Of a stretch of 64,000 bases of DNA, positions 8,595 through 18,785 are shown one piece after another; within the stretch, counting starts at the first letter, position 1; each line of letters opens with the position of its first letter. Below the pieces are notes generated by a model, which had not been told where the DNA came from, ran no database searches, and worked only from the letters and a program-made list of their open reading frames with translations. The position numbers were made by a program, and so were the translations under genes. Source of the DNA: Pyrinomonadaceae bacterium (GTDB lineage Bacteria; Acidobacteriota; Blastocatellia; Pyrinomonadales; Pyrinomonadaceae); contig JBKBYA010000002.1 in assembly GCA_046313635.1 (NCBI GenBank), positions 64,001 through 128,000 of the forward strand. Reading direction: 5' to 3'.

Positions 8595-11500
8595 ATGCAA
8601 GCTATCAGATCCATATTCTTTACTGCGTTTACCGCTTTGTTGCTTGGCGGGTCCGTTTGGGCCCAGCAGACGGGCTCGGTGGCCGGCCAGGTCGTCGATA
8701 GTCTCGGTGCGGTCGTGCCCGGGGCGGTCGTGACCGCGGTCGCCGCGGACGGCAAGCAAAAATCAGCGACGGCAAATAACCAGGGCCAGTTCTCGATAAC
8801 CGGCCTCGCACCCGGAACCTACACCATCCGCGCGACGGCTCCCAGCTTTGCGCTGTTTGAGAATCCGGGTGTGGCGGTCACCGCCGGCAAGCGAGAAGAG
8901 CTGATCATCTCTCTCACCGTGGCGAGTGTCGAGGAGCAGGTCGAGGTCGGCGGCGAGACCGAGGTCTCGACCGATCCAAACAGCAACGCCAACGCGACGG
9001 TGCTCAAGGAGAAGGACCTCGAAGGGCTGCCCGATGATCCTGAGGAGCTCGAAAGAGCGCTTCAGGCGCTCGCCGGCCCGGCTGCCGGGCCAGACGGAGG
9101 CCAGATCACGATCGACGGCTTCACCGGCGGACGGATGCCGCCGAAAGAAGCCATTCGCGAGGTCCGCATTAACCAAAACCCGTTCTCCGCCGAGTACGAC
9201 CGCATCGGTTTTGGCCGGATCGATATCCTCACCAAGCCGGGCTTTGACCGTTTTCGCGGATCCGCGAATTTCAACTTCAACGACGAGAGCCTCAACTCAA
9301 GGAATCCGTTTGCGCTGAATCGCGCGCCGAGCCAGTTCCGCAATTTCGGCGGATTTATCAGCGGGCCGATCCAGTCCAGGAAGTCGTCGTTCTTTCTCGA
9401 CGTAAATCACAATTCGCGAGACGAGAACGCCGTTATCAGCGCGACCGTGCTCGACCCGTCTCTCAACATCGTAAGCTTTAATCAGGACGTGACGGTCCCG
9501 ACGCGGCGATTCTCGATCGGCCCGCGGATCGATTACGCCATCAACGACCGCAACACTCTGGTCGCTCGCTACAGCTTTTCGCGGTCAACGTCGGAGAATC
9601 AGGGCATCGGCGGATTTTCGCTGCCGTCGCGAGCGTCAAACTCGCAGAATACGCAGCACAACCTGCAGTTGACCGAGTCGGCGATCCTGAACGCGCGGAC
9701 GGTGAACGAGACCCGACTGCAGCTCGAATTCAATCGCCGCGAGCAGACCGGCGACAACAGCATCCCGACGATCAACGTCTCCGGCGCCTTTATCGGCGGC
9801 GGAGCGCAGGTCGGCAACAGCTACAACAAGACAAGCCGCTGGGAACTGCAGAACTACACGACGACATCGTTTGGCAGAAATTCGGAACATGCCGTCAAAT
9901 TCGGCGTCCGCATCCGCGGCACGAGGGTCGAGGATCGTTCCGAGTCGGGCTACGCCGGAACGTTCACTTTCTCGGGTTTTGTCGACAACAACGGTACGCC
10001 TAACGATCCGAGTGACGATCGATTCGTAAGCTCGATCGAGCAGTATCGTCAAAAAGTGCTGGGCAATCCCGACCCGCGTTACAATCCGCGGCAGTTCAGC
10101 ATCACTACCGGCAATCCGCTTGCCGAGGTCTCGCAGTACGACTACGGCGTTTTTGCCACCGACGACTGGAAGTTCCGTCCCGATCTGACGCTGAGCTTCG
10201 GGCTCCGGTACGAGAATCAAACCAACATCAGCTCGAACCTTAATTTCGCTCCGCGGTTCGGATTTGCGTGGGCTCCGGGAGCCGGCGGCGCGCGGGCCCC
10301 GAAGACGGTCGTCCGCGGCGGTTTTGGAATATTCTTCGATCGATTTGGCGAAAACAATACGCTCCGCGCAAATCGCCAGAACGGCGTGAACCAGCTCCAG
10401 TACACGGTCACGAGCAATCAAAACAATCTGCTCGGCCAGGCCGTCTTCTCCTACAATGGCGTGACCAACGTCCCGACCGTGCAGCAGCTCGCCGCCGTGG
10501 CGCCGCTGGCAAGCATCCCGTTCCGCGTCGCGAGCGATCTTGATTCGCCATACGCGATGCAGAGCGCCATCAGCGTCGAGCGTCAGCTCCCGCGGAATAC
10601 GGTCTTATCTGCGACATTTACGATGTCGCGTTCGGTGCACTTGCTCAGGACGCGCAATATCAACGCTCCGGTCTGTGCGAGCACGGCGGTTTGCCCGTCG
10701 GGTCTGACGCCGGCGCAGATCCAGGCGCTCCGGCCCGACCCGTCGGCCGGCAACATCTATCAGGTCGAGTCGAGCGGGTACTCAAATACGCAGCTCTTCG
10801 TGCTCGGATTCCGTTCCAACTTCAGCCGCAGATTCTCGATCAACGGCGGCTACACGCTCTCGAATTCAAAGGGTGATACCGACAGCCTTAACAGCCCTCG
10901 GATCGTCGTCAACTCGGTCGGCTTCCCGGCGTACAGTTACGATCTGAGCAACGAGTATGCTCCTTCGGCCTTCGTATCGCGGCATTCTCTTTTTATGTTT
11001 GCCTCGGCTACGCTGCCGTGGAATATCAGGTTGAATCCGGTCGTTATCGCGAGCAGCGGGCGACCCTTTAACATCACGTCTGGTACTGACGCCAACTACG
11101 ACTCACTCTTTTTTGAGCGGCCCACCTACGCGCAGCTCGCCGGCCGATGCCGCGAGCTCGGGCTGACGAATTCATTTTGCGACATCGGCGGCATCTCGGA
11201 CCCGAATGCCGTCATTCCGAGAAACTACGGCCGCGGACCCGGCACCTTCATCGTGAATATGAACGTGTCAAAGACGTTCGGATTCGGAGGCTCGCGGTCA
11301 TCGGCGGCCGCAGCGGGCGGCCAGCCGCAGGGAGGCGGAGGCGGTAACCGCGGCGGTAACCGCGGCGGAGGCGGTAACCGCGGCGGAGGCCCTGGAATGG
11401 TGATGATGGGAGCCGGCGGCGGAGGCGGATTCTTCGGCGGCGGCGGGGGCGAGACTCCCAAGCCGTACAACCTCACGCTCGGCGTCAACTTCCAGAACCT

Positions 11501-11657
11501 TTTTAACACCGTAAACCTCTCGGCTCCCGTGGGGACGCTCACGTCGCCGTCCTTCGGCCGTTCGCTCTCGACCGGAGGCGGCTTCGGATTCTTCGGCGGC
11601 GGCGGAGGCGGATCGGCAAACCGGCGGATCGATCTGTCGGTCAGGTTCAGCTGGTAA
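8595..11657 (+). CDS. Oar-like TonB-dependent receptor with N-terminal carboxypeptidase-regulatory-like domain
   Basis: Signal peptide; GQVVDSLGAVVPGAVV...GQFSITGLAPGTY; FSAEY; DDWK...LTLSFGLRYE; C-terminal barrel strand ending VRFSW. Confidence 0.9.
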   Translation: MQAIRSIFFTAFTALLLGGSVWAQQTGSVAGQVVDSLGAVVPGAVVTAVAADGKQKSATANNQGQFSITGLAPGTYTIRATAPSFALFENPGVAVTAGKREELIISLTVASVEEQVEVGGETEVSTDPNSNANATVLKEKDLEGLPDDPEELERALQALAGPAAGPDGGQITIDGFTGGRMPPKEAIREVRINQNPFSAEYDRIGFGRIDILTKPGFDRFRGSANFNFNDESLNSRNPFALNRAPSQFRNFGGFISGPIQSRKSSFFLDVNHNSRDENAVISATVLDPSLNIVSFNQDVTVPTRRFSIGPRIDYAINDRNTLVARYSFSRSTSENQGIGGFSLPSRASNSQNTQHNLQLTESAILNARTVNETRLQLEFNRREQTGDNSIPTINVSGAFIGGGAQVGNSYNKTSRWELQNYTTTSFGRNSEHAVKFGVRIRGTRVEDRSESGYAGTFTFSGFVDNNGTPNDPSDDRFVSSIEQYRQKVLGNPDPRYNPRQFSITTGNPLAEVSQYDYGVFATDDWKFRPDLTLSFGLRYENQTNISSNLNFAPRFGFAWAPGAGGARAPKTVVRGGFGIFFDRFGENNTLRANRQNGVNQLQYTVTSNQNNLLGQAVFSYNGVTNVPTVQQLAAVAPLASIPFRVASDLDSPYAMQSAISVERQLPRNTVLSATFTMSRSVHLLRTRNINAPVCASTAVCPSGLTPAQIQALRPDPSAGNIYQVESSGYSNTQLFVLGFRSNFSRRFSINGGYTLSNSKGDTDSLNSPRIVVNSVGFPAYSYDLSNEYAPSAFVSRHSLFMFASATLPWNIRLNPVVIASSGRPFNITSGTDANYDSLFFERPTYAQLAGRCRELGLTNSFCDIGGISDPNAVIPRNYGRGPGTFIVNMNVSKTFGFGGSRSSAAAAGGQPQGGGGGNRGGNRGGGGNRGGGPGMVMMGAGGGGGFFGGGGGETPKPYNLTLGVNFQNLFNTVNLSAPVGTLTSPSFGRSLSTGGGFGFFGGGGGGSANRRIDLSVRFSW

Positions 11658-11741
11658 ACCGCGGAGAGCGGCTGCGGTTCAAAGCGGGAAGTAAGATATC
11701 ATCACGTTATCTTGCTTCCCGTATTCTCTTTGGGGGTCACA

Positions 11742-12479
11742 ATGAAGAAGTTTCTTTTAGTCATCGCCGCTTTCATTCTTCCTCTGTCCGTCGCAGCGCA
11801 GGGGCCGGCGACCGCGGGTGCGTCGATACCCAACACAGCGGCTAGGACGACCGACACGGCGAACGCCGTCGATCTGGCCCGAGCCGTATTCAGCGCTCAC
11901 GGCGGCGAAAAGCTGCAGAAGATGAAGTCTCTCATCGTTCGCGGCAGCGTCGACCTGTCGGCCTTTGGCCAAGCTTTTCCCGGCAGTTTCTCGCTCGTGA
12001 TCGCGCAGGAGCGGTACCGGATCGAGGTGAACTCGATCCAGTCGTTCAAGCAGGCCTTTGATGGTGAGAACACGGTGACGTCGGTGCAGGCCGGCTTTAT
12101 GCTGCCGCCGATGAACAGGCTGGGCATCCCGCTGCTCGCGCGTTTTGGCGAGACCGGCTACGTTGTGTCTGAGCTGCCAAGCGGGAAGAAGCGATCGGGA
12201 TTTCGCATCACGTCGCCGGAAGGCTGGTACACCGATTTCTATATCGACGAAAAGACCAAACTTGTAAAGTCGTATGATTCGGCGTTTGAGTTTCGCGGCC
12301 AAAAAGTGTCGACATCGGTCGATATCGGAAAGAATGCGACCGTCGACGGCGTGGTCGTCCCCGACAAGTTCGCGCAGCGATTTGATATGGGGCAGATCAC
12401 CGCGTACGTCGACTTTAAGGCAAAAGAGATCCTCGTCAACGCTCCTGTCGCCGACGAGGTCTTTAAGAATGTGAATTAG
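11742..12479 (+). CDS. Exported hypothetical protein (possibly LolA/lipoprotein-sorting-like fold)
   Basis: MKKFLL signal peptide; AHGGEKLQKMKS start and VNAPVADEVF end typical of this beta-rich family. Confidence 0.55.
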   Translation: MKKFLLVIAAFILPLSVAAQGPATAGASIPNTAARTTDTANAVDLARAVFSAHGGEKLQKMKSLIVRGSVDLSAFGQAFPGSFSLVIAQERYRIEVNSIQSFKQAFDGENTVTSVQAGFMLPPMNRLGIPLLARFGETGYVVSELPSGKKRSGFRITSPEGWYTDFYIDEKTKLVKSYDSAFEFRGQKVSTSVDIGKNATVDGVVVPDKFAQRFDMGQITAYVDFKAKEILVNAPVADEVFKNVN

Positions 12480-12501
12480 GCTTCGGCGGGCGGCGGCGAG
12501 G

Positions 12502-13485
12502 TCATTCGCCGGAGCCGCCGGTCGATGCGGCGCGGGCAAACCTGCTCGATCTCCACCAATCGATCGTTTTTCGCAGCCCTTCTTCGAGGCCGACGAGCTT
12601 TTCGTAACCGATCAGCTCGACGGCCTTTCTGTTATCGGCCTGCGAGTGCTTGACGTCGCCGACGCGCTCGGGCTGGTAGTCTGCCGTCACGTCCGCCCGG
12701 CCGCTGATCTGCTTGAGTACCTCAAGCAATTGATTTAGCGAGGTGCGTTCGCCGTTGGCGACATTCATCACCTCACCGACGCCGGAACTCGACTGTGCCG
12801 CCTTGATGTTCGCGTCGACGACATTGGCGATGAACGTAAAGTCGCGCGACTGCTCACCGTCGCCGTAAATGATCGGACGCTGCCCGCGATACAGAGCGTC
12901 GACAAAACGCGAGATGACGCCCGAATACATCGACGACGGATTCTGCCGCGGCCCGAAGACGTTGAAGTACCGCAGGCAAAAGGTCTCGAGCCCGTAAACG
13001 CGATTAAAGACCTGGCAGTAATACTCGCCGACCAGCTTGGCCGCCGCGTAGGGCGAGAGCGGTTCCGGCCGCATCGTCTCGACCTTGGGCAGCGTCGGCT
13101 GGTCGCCGTATGCCGAGCTCGACGCGGCGTAAATAAGACGCCGAACGCCCCTGTCCCGTGACGCGACAAGCAATTTGAAAGTGCCGTTCACGCACGCCTC
13201 GTGCGTCTCGAGCGGATTTGCGACCGACCGCGGTACGCTCGGCAGGGCCGCTTGGTGAAAGACGATCTCGACGCCGTCAAGCGCTCGGCCGACGGCGTCG
13301 GGATCGTTGATATCGGCACGGACGAATTCAAAGTCGCCTTTTATCTCGTCGAGGTTCTCTTCAAACCCCGTTACCAGATTGTCGATGATCCGTACCTTGG
13401 CCCCGCGACGGATCAACTCTTCGGCGAGGTTCGAACCGATGAATCCGGCACCGCCGGTGACTAGTACTAATGGGGTAAAGCTCAT
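12502..13485 (-). CDS. NAD-dependent UDP-glucose/GlcNAc 4-epimerase (extended SDR)
   Basis: VTGGAGFIGS; SPYAAAK (YxxxK); LRYFNVFGPRQ. Confidence 0.93.
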   Translation of the reverse strand: MSFTPLVLVTGGAGFIGSNLAEELIRRGAKVRIIDNLVTGFEENLDEIKGDFEFVRADINDPDAVGRALDGVEIVFHQAALPSVPRSVANPLETHEACVNGTFKLLVASRDRGVRRLIYAASSSAYGDQPTLPKVETMRPEPLSPYAAAKLVGEYYCQVFNRVYGLETFCLRYFNVFGPRQNPSSMYSGVISRFVDALYRGQRPIIYGDGEQSRDFTFIANVVDANIKAAQSSSGVGEVMNVANGERTSLNQLLEVLKQISGRADVTADYQPERVGDVKHSQADNRKAVELIGYEKLVGLEEGLRKTIDWWRSSRFARAASTGGSGE

Positions 13486-13491
13486 TTCGCG

Positions 13492-14790
13492 TTAGCGGCC
13501 GACGCCTACGTAGTCAAAACCGAGCTCACGCATGTCCTGAGGCTCGTAGACATTTCGCAGGTCGGCGATCTTGGGCGAACTCAAAAGCTCCTTGACGCGG
13601 CCCATATCGAGAGCGCGGAACTGGTTCCATTCCGTAGCGATCACGAGAGCGTCGGCTCCCGACAGCGCTTCGTACTCGTCAGCCGCGAATTCGATGTCGG
13701 GCAGGCAGTGGCGTGCCTCGTTGATGGCAACCGGATCGTAAGCGCAAATGCTCGCGCCTCTGCCGGTCATTGCCCGGATAATGTCGACGGCCGGCGACTC
13801 GCGCATATCGTCGGTCTCGGGCTTGAACGAGAGGCCGAGCACGGCGATCTTCTTGCCGTCGAGGCCTCCGACAAGTCTTTCGATCTTTTCGATCATCACA
13901 TCGCGCTGACGTTCGTTCGCCTCGATCACGGCGTCGACGATACGGGTCTCGACCCCGAACTGGTCGGCGACGGTGGTCAGCGCCCGCGTGTCCTTAGGGA
14001 AGCACGAGCCGCCGTAGCCCGGCCCCGGATGAAGGAACTTGCGGCCGATGCGGTTGTCCATGCCCATTCCGCGAGCGACGTCGTGGACATCGCAGCCGAT
14101 CGCGTCGCAAAGGTTTGCTATCTCGTTTATGAACGTGATCTTGGTCGCGAGGAATGCGTTGGCGGCGTACTTGATCAGCTCGGCGGCCTCGAGCGAAGTG
14201 ATCACGATCGGCGTCTCGATCAGATAGAGCGGCCGATAAAGGTCTTTCATTATCTCGATCGCGTCGTCCTCGTTGCTGCCGATGACGACTCGGTCGGGCC
14301 GCATAAAGTCTCCGATCGCGGCGCCTTCACGCAGGAACTCCGGATTGGAAGCGACACCGAAATTCGTCTCGACCTTGAGATGCCGGCTGACGAATTCACG
14401 GAGCCATTTGCCGGTGCCGATCGGGACCGTCGACTTGGTCACGAGGACCTTGTAGCCGTTCATTGCCTCGGCAACGTCCTTTGCAGCCTGCTGGTAAAAG
14501 CTCATGTCCGGCGAGCCGTCTTCTTTGGGCGGCGTGCCGACGGCCAAAAAGACGACGAGCGCATCCTGCACCGCAGATCTGATATCCGTTGTGAAATGGA
14601 GTCTGCCGGCCCTGGAGTTTTTCTCGACCAAGGTGTCGAGGCCTGGTTCGTATATGGGAATGATGCCCTTATTCAGCTTGTTGATCTTAGTTTCATCGAC
14701 ATCGACGCACGTCACTTCGACACCGAATTCCGCAAAACACGCACCGGTCACCAAACCGACGTAACCGGTGCCAATAACAGCAATATGCAT
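13492..14790 (-). CDS. ugd: UDP-glucose 6-dehydrogenase
   Basis: IGTGYVGL; SNPEFLREG; GYGGSCFPKD catalytic motif; FKPETDDMRES. Confidence 0.95.
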   Translation of the reverse strand: MHIAVIGTGYVGLVTGACFAEFGVEVTCVDVDETKINKLNKGIIPIYEPGLDTLVEKNSRAGRLHFTTDIRSAVQDALVVFLAVGTPPKEDGSPDMSFYQQAAKDVAEAMNGYKVLVTKSTVPIGTGKWLREFVSRHLKVETNFGVASNPEFLREGAAIGDFMRPDRVVIGSNEDDAIEIMKDLYRPLYLIETPIVITSLEAAELIKYAANAFLATKITFINEIANLCDAIGCDVHDVARGMGMDNRIGRKFLHPGPGYGGSCFPKDTRALTTVADQFGVETRIVDAVIEANERQRDVMIEKIERLVGGLDGKKIAVLGLSFKPETDDMRESPAVDIIRAMTGRGASICAYDPVAINEARHCLPDIEFAADEYEALSGADALVIATEWNQFRALDMGRVKELLSSPKIADLRNVYEPQDMRELGFDYVGVGR

Positions 14791-14920
14791 AATCTGAAAT
14801 AAATGGACCTCTTAGTATTAGAGATTAAATAAACGCGAACTGAAAGCAAAACGAAGCGGGTCACATTTCAAGAACATGACCCGCAAACGTGATTTCGAGT
14901 TGGTGTGTGCAGCCGGAGTA

Positions 14921-15625
14921 CTAACGAGTGGGGCTTACGATCACGACACCGCCTCCAACTTCGGTATCGCTCTTGCCGCCGAGCAGGATGCCGGCACCCG
15001 CGACGCCCGCAGCGACAAGTACGAGCCACCACGGTCCGCCAAATCGGACCGGCGGGGCCGAGTTCGGTCGCAGGCAGGGCTGGCAGCCGGTCTGAGCGAG
15101 GTTGCCCGCAGTAGCATTGGTGCCCGCAACAACCTGCTTATCGTTGGTGCCTTCGCGAAGGGTGACCATTCCGGTCATGGCATCTACGTGCGTGTGCGAA
15201 CACTCGACCTCGACCAAGAAGCTGTTGGCCTGGGACGAATCAGCGAGGGCGACCGCGTCCTTGGTGGTGATCGTCGTCGCAACGCCGGCGGCGTTCGAAA
15301 CGCGAACCTTGCCTGCCGACAAAATGCCGACAATGCTGTTCTCCGAGAATTGAAGCGTCAGATTTGAATCCGCTAGCAACTCGACGCGGCCGGCTTTACC
15401 AAGGCTGACGGTAGCCGACGAGTCGGCCCCGGTCGCGATCGTGCTGCCGGACATGATCGTGGAATTTGAAACAGCTGTCTGGCCGTTCACGGTTACCTGC
15501 CCAGATACGGAGATCTCACCGGTCACATCCATCGGTGCCGCGAGGGCGACCATTGACGTCACTGTCCAGAACGCAGCCAGCGTGGTCGCGGTAACCAATC
15601 GTTTAAGAACTTGTTTCCCGAACAT
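14921..15625 (-). CDS. Exported FecR-like beta protein with C-terminal TM helix (paralog 1)
   Basis: Signal peptide; VTVNG...I.SGS.I.TG...LGKAGRVEL; WW-led TM segment; ends VSPTR. Confidence 0.6.
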   Translation of the reverse strand: MFGKQVLKRLVTATTLAAFWTVTSMVALAAPMDVTGEISVSGQVTVNGQTAVSNSTIMSGSTIATGADSSATVSLGKAGRVELLADSNLTLQFSENSIVGILSAGKVRVSNAAGVATTITTKDAVALADSSQANSFLVEVECSHTHVDAMTGMVTLREGTNDKQVVAGTNATAGNLAQTGCQPCLRPNSAPPVRFGGPWWLVLVAAGVAGAGILLGGKSDTEVGGGVVIVSPTR

Positions 15626-15698
15626 TTGAACTAATTTCCTCCTGTAACGATCCCCAATTTGATAGCCTCCCCGGCATTTTGCCGAGCAAGGTCAATTA

Positions 15699-16280
15699 TT
15701 AACGAACCGGACTGACGACCGTGCCCGAGCCGCCGAGGCTGACATCGTTGTCGGCCTGGGTAGCGGCGATCAAGATTCCCGCTGCGGCACCGCCGAAGAC
15801 GAGGGCCCACAGCCACCATGCTGCTCCGCCGTCGTTATCGTCGTCATCCTGGCGCTTTCCGGCCGCTGAGACCGTTTCACCTGCCGCTGCGGACATTTCG
15901 CCGCTCGCCGTCTTGACCATGACCGGGGCCGCTGCCGAAAGAACCGTGAGGGCGCCGGAAGTAAGGTCGCCGCTAAGCGACTTGTCGTCAAAAGAAAGAG
16001 CGAGGGTTGTGTTCGGAGCAAGCTCGATCACACCTGATTTGCCGAGATTGATGACAGCACCCGCATTTTCCGGAGTCGAGATAACGCTCGATGAAAAGAT
16101 TGAACGACCACTTTTCGCGGCCTCCCCGTTGACGGTGACCGCAGCACTCTGGCTGCCCGTAACGGTGAGTTCACCCACCGCCTTGCCAGGCGCCGCAAGC
16201 GCGAACATCGACGACGTTGCGAAGATAGTCGCCGATAAACCCATAGAGAGCGTTTTCCGAATCCACACGTTGCTGTTCAT
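15699..16280 (-). CDS. Exported FecR-like beta protein with C-terminal TM helix (paralog 2)
   Basis: SD GAGGAG before ATG 16280; VTVNG...LGKSGVIEL; WW-led TM segment; ends VSPVR. Confidence 0.6.
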   Translation of the reverse strand: MNSNVWIRKTLSMGLSATIFATSSMFALAAPGKAVGELTVTGSQSAAVTVNGEAAKSGRSIFSSSVISTPENAGAVINLGKSGVIELAPNTTLALSFDDKSLSGDLTSGALTVLSAAAPVMVKTASGEMSAAAGETVSAAGKRQDDDDNDGGAAWWLWALVFGGAAAGILIAATQADNDVSLGGSGTVVSPVR

Positions 16281-16672
16281 ATTTCTCCTCATTTCTCGCT
16301 GATTCAATTGCAATAAAATTCAAACCTCTCAATGTTTTACACGAATTGGCAATTCCTGTCAATAAATGTCGTGTCGGCCGAAATCGGGCGAAATCGAGCT
16401 CAAAAATCAAGCCAATTCAAACGATAAACCGAGATTTGATTGATACTTATACCACACATCAATTTTCTTTCAAAGATTTTTTGAGGCGTGGCGAAAGAGC
16501 GTCTTCGGGTGCCTGAGATCGACGCCGTCGGGTGCCGGAACTGCTGTATCAAATGAGCTCTGCCATTGCGAATCGCACTTGCTTGAGAACGCACGAGGGA
16601 CCAAATTGCCGAACGCGCTGAATTCTGTTTTAATTTGTCCAACCGATCACAAACTCTCAGGAGCAAGCATTT

Positions 16673-17755
16673 ATGAGATCTCGAATTTTGGCGATCATGG
16701 TTTTCGCCCTCTGGTCGCTGGGTTGTGCCGGAGGCGCCGCCAACAGCACCCGAACCAATTCGCAAGACCACGATCGCGGTATGGACCCAAACCGAAAGAT
16801 CAAGGTCGGCTTCTCGATGGCGACCGTCAAAGAGGAGCGTTGGCAGAGAGACAGGGACGCTTTTAAGGAGCACTGCGATAAGGTAGCGGTCGAATGCATC
16901 ATCAGCGTCGCAGACAACAACTCTGACAGGCAGTCAAACGACGTCGAGAACCTGCTGACGCAGGGAGTGGACGTGCTGGTCATCGCCCCGCAGGACGCGA
17001 CCCAGGCGGCGTCTATGGTCGAAAAGGCCAAGGCCCAGGGCGTGCCGGTCATCAGTTATGACCGTCTGATCAATTCAAACAAGATCGACCTTTATATCTC
17101 TCACCAGGTCCCGGTCATCGGCCGTAAGATCGCCGAATACGCGCTTCAGCATCAGCCGTCGGGCAATTACGTCATGGTTTACGGCGGGCCGACGGACAAC
17201 AACGCCCACATAATGAAGAAGGAACAATTGGCCGTCCTTCAGCCCGCGATCGACAAGGGCTCCATCAAGATCGTCGCCGAGCAGTTCATCACCGACTGGA
17301 AGCCCGAACTTGCGCTCAACTTTATGGAAAACATCCTGACCCGCGAGAACGACAACATCCAGGCCGCGATCGTGTCCAACGACGGGATGGCCGGCGGTGT
17401 GATCCAGGCTCTCGAGCGCCGCGGCTTGATCGGCAAAGTCCTCGTGACCGGGCAGGACGCCCAGATAGACGCCCTTCAACGCATCGCTGAGGGAAAGCAG
17501 ACGATGACGATCTACAAGCCCATAATTCCCCTCGCAAGCCAGGCGGTCGAAGCCGCGATCAAGCTCGCCAGAGGCGAGAAGTTGACGACCACCGCCTTTC
17601 GCAACGACGCGATAAACGCGGACGTTCCGGCGATCCTCCTCGAGGTCACCTCGGTCGACAGGTCAAACCTGATGGATACCGTGATCAAGGACGGCTACGC
17701 AAAGTACGAGGACGTTTATAAGAACGTGCCTGAGGCCGACCGACCGAAGCGATAG
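16673..17755 (+). CDS. xylF: D-xylose-type sugar ABC transporter substrate-binding lipoprotein
   Basis: Lipobox SLGC; EERWQRDRD; VISYDRL; G.PTDNNA; VTGQDA; Q.MTIYKPI. Confidence 0.8.
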   Translation: MRSRILAIMVFALWSLGCAGGAANSTRTNSQDHDRGMDPNRKIKVGFSMATVKEERWQRDRDAFKEHCDKVAVECIISVADNNSDRQSNDVENLLTQGVDVLVIAPQDATQAASMVEKAKAQGVPVISYDRLINSNKIDLYISHQVPVIGRKIAEYALQHQPSGNYVMVYGGPTDNNAHIMKKEQLAVLQPAIDKGSIKIVAEQFITDWKPELALNFMENILTRENDNIQAAIVSNDGMAGGVIQALERRGLIGKVLVTGQDAQIDALQRIAEGKQTMTIYKPIIPLASQAVEAAIKLARGEKLTTTAFRNDAINADVPAILLEVTSVDRSNLMDTVIKDGYAKYEDVYKNVPEADRPKR

Positions 17756-17771
17756 TCATTTCAGCTCCGCA

Positions 17772-18719
17772 ATGAATGAGTACGTATTAGCGGTCGATCT
17801 CGGCGGGACGAATCTCAGAGTTGCCGCCGTCGATCTGGATGGCCGGGTTCTGCACGTCTCCAAGGCGGCCACGCCGAGGTCTAACGACGCCGACGAGGTC
17901 GTCAGTACGATCGCGTCGCTCTCTCGCGAATGTGTCGCACGTACGGGGGCAGCAGCGCTTGCATTCGGCGTGGCTGTCCCGGCAACACTTGACCTTTCGA
18001 CCGGCCGGATACTGCGGGCACCAAATCTGCCCGAACTCGACGGTTATTTACTCGTTGACGAACTGTCTCGACGGCTTGGGCTGCGCGTGGTCATCGAGAA
18101 CGACGCAACGGCCGCCGCGATCGGCGAACACTGGCGCGGCGCGTCGCGGCCGGTGCGTGATTCGATCTGCATAACGCTCGGTACGGGCGTCGGCGGCGGC
18201 ATAATTATCGGCGACCGGCCGCACCGCGGCGTCGACGGGACGGCGGGCGAGATCGGACACATCTGCGTCGAGCCGCTCGGCGTGCCGTGCCCGTGCGGCA
18301 GCAACGGATGTCTCGAGCAGTATGCCTCGGCGTCGGCCGTAGTGCGGATGACAAAGGAGCGTCTTGAAGAGCATCCGGACTCGCCGCTGAATTCGTTTTC
18401 GGCGCTCACCGCACTCGACGTCTATAACGCCGGCATCGCCGGCGACTCTCTCGCCCGGGACGTGTTCTCGCGAGTGGGCTCGTACCTCGGCATCGTCCTC
18501 GCGGGGCTGATCAACGTTCTGAATCCGGAAATGATCGTGATCGGCGGCGGAATGTCGTCAGGCTGGCAGCTGTTCGTCGACGAGGTGCGAGAGCAGATAG
18601 GACGACGGGCTTTTGAACGGCCCGCCGCACGTGCGCGGATCACCAGGGCCGAGCTCGGTGATCTGGCCGGCCTTGTCGGCGCGGCCCATCTGGCTATTCA
18701 GGCGGCGGGCCGTGAGTGA
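17772..18719 (+). CDS. ROK family sugar kinase (glucokinase-like)
   Basis: VDLGGT; ENDA.AAA.GE; TLGTGVGGG; GEIGH; CPCGSNGCLE. Confidence 0.92.
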   Translation: MNEYVLAVDLGGTNLRVAAVDLDGRVLHVSKAATPRSNDADEVVSTIASLSRECVARTGAAALAFGVAVPATLDLSTGRILRAPNLPELDGYLLVDELSRRLGLRVVIENDATAAAIGEHWRGASRPVRDSICITLGTGVGGGIIIGDRPHRGVDGTAGEIGHICVEPLGVPCPCGSNGCLEQYASASAVVRMTKERLEEHPDSPLNSFSALTALDVYNAGIAGDSLARDVFSRVGSYLGIVLAGLINVLNPEMIVIGGGMSSGWQLFVDEVREQIGRRAFERPAARARITRAELGDLAGLVGAAHLAIQAAGRE

Positions 18720-18785
18720 GGCCCCGCAGCGTCAAAGTCCGATCGCCTGACCGCCTCTCGTAACCTTCGCGCTCAACTCCAATAC

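Noticed and set aside
11340..11390. GGCGGTAACCGC tandem repeat in the TonB receptor as a mobile element
   Set aside because: Unit length is a multiple of 3, it encodes a Gly-rich GGNR loop and has no inverted partner; ordinary low-complexity coding repeat
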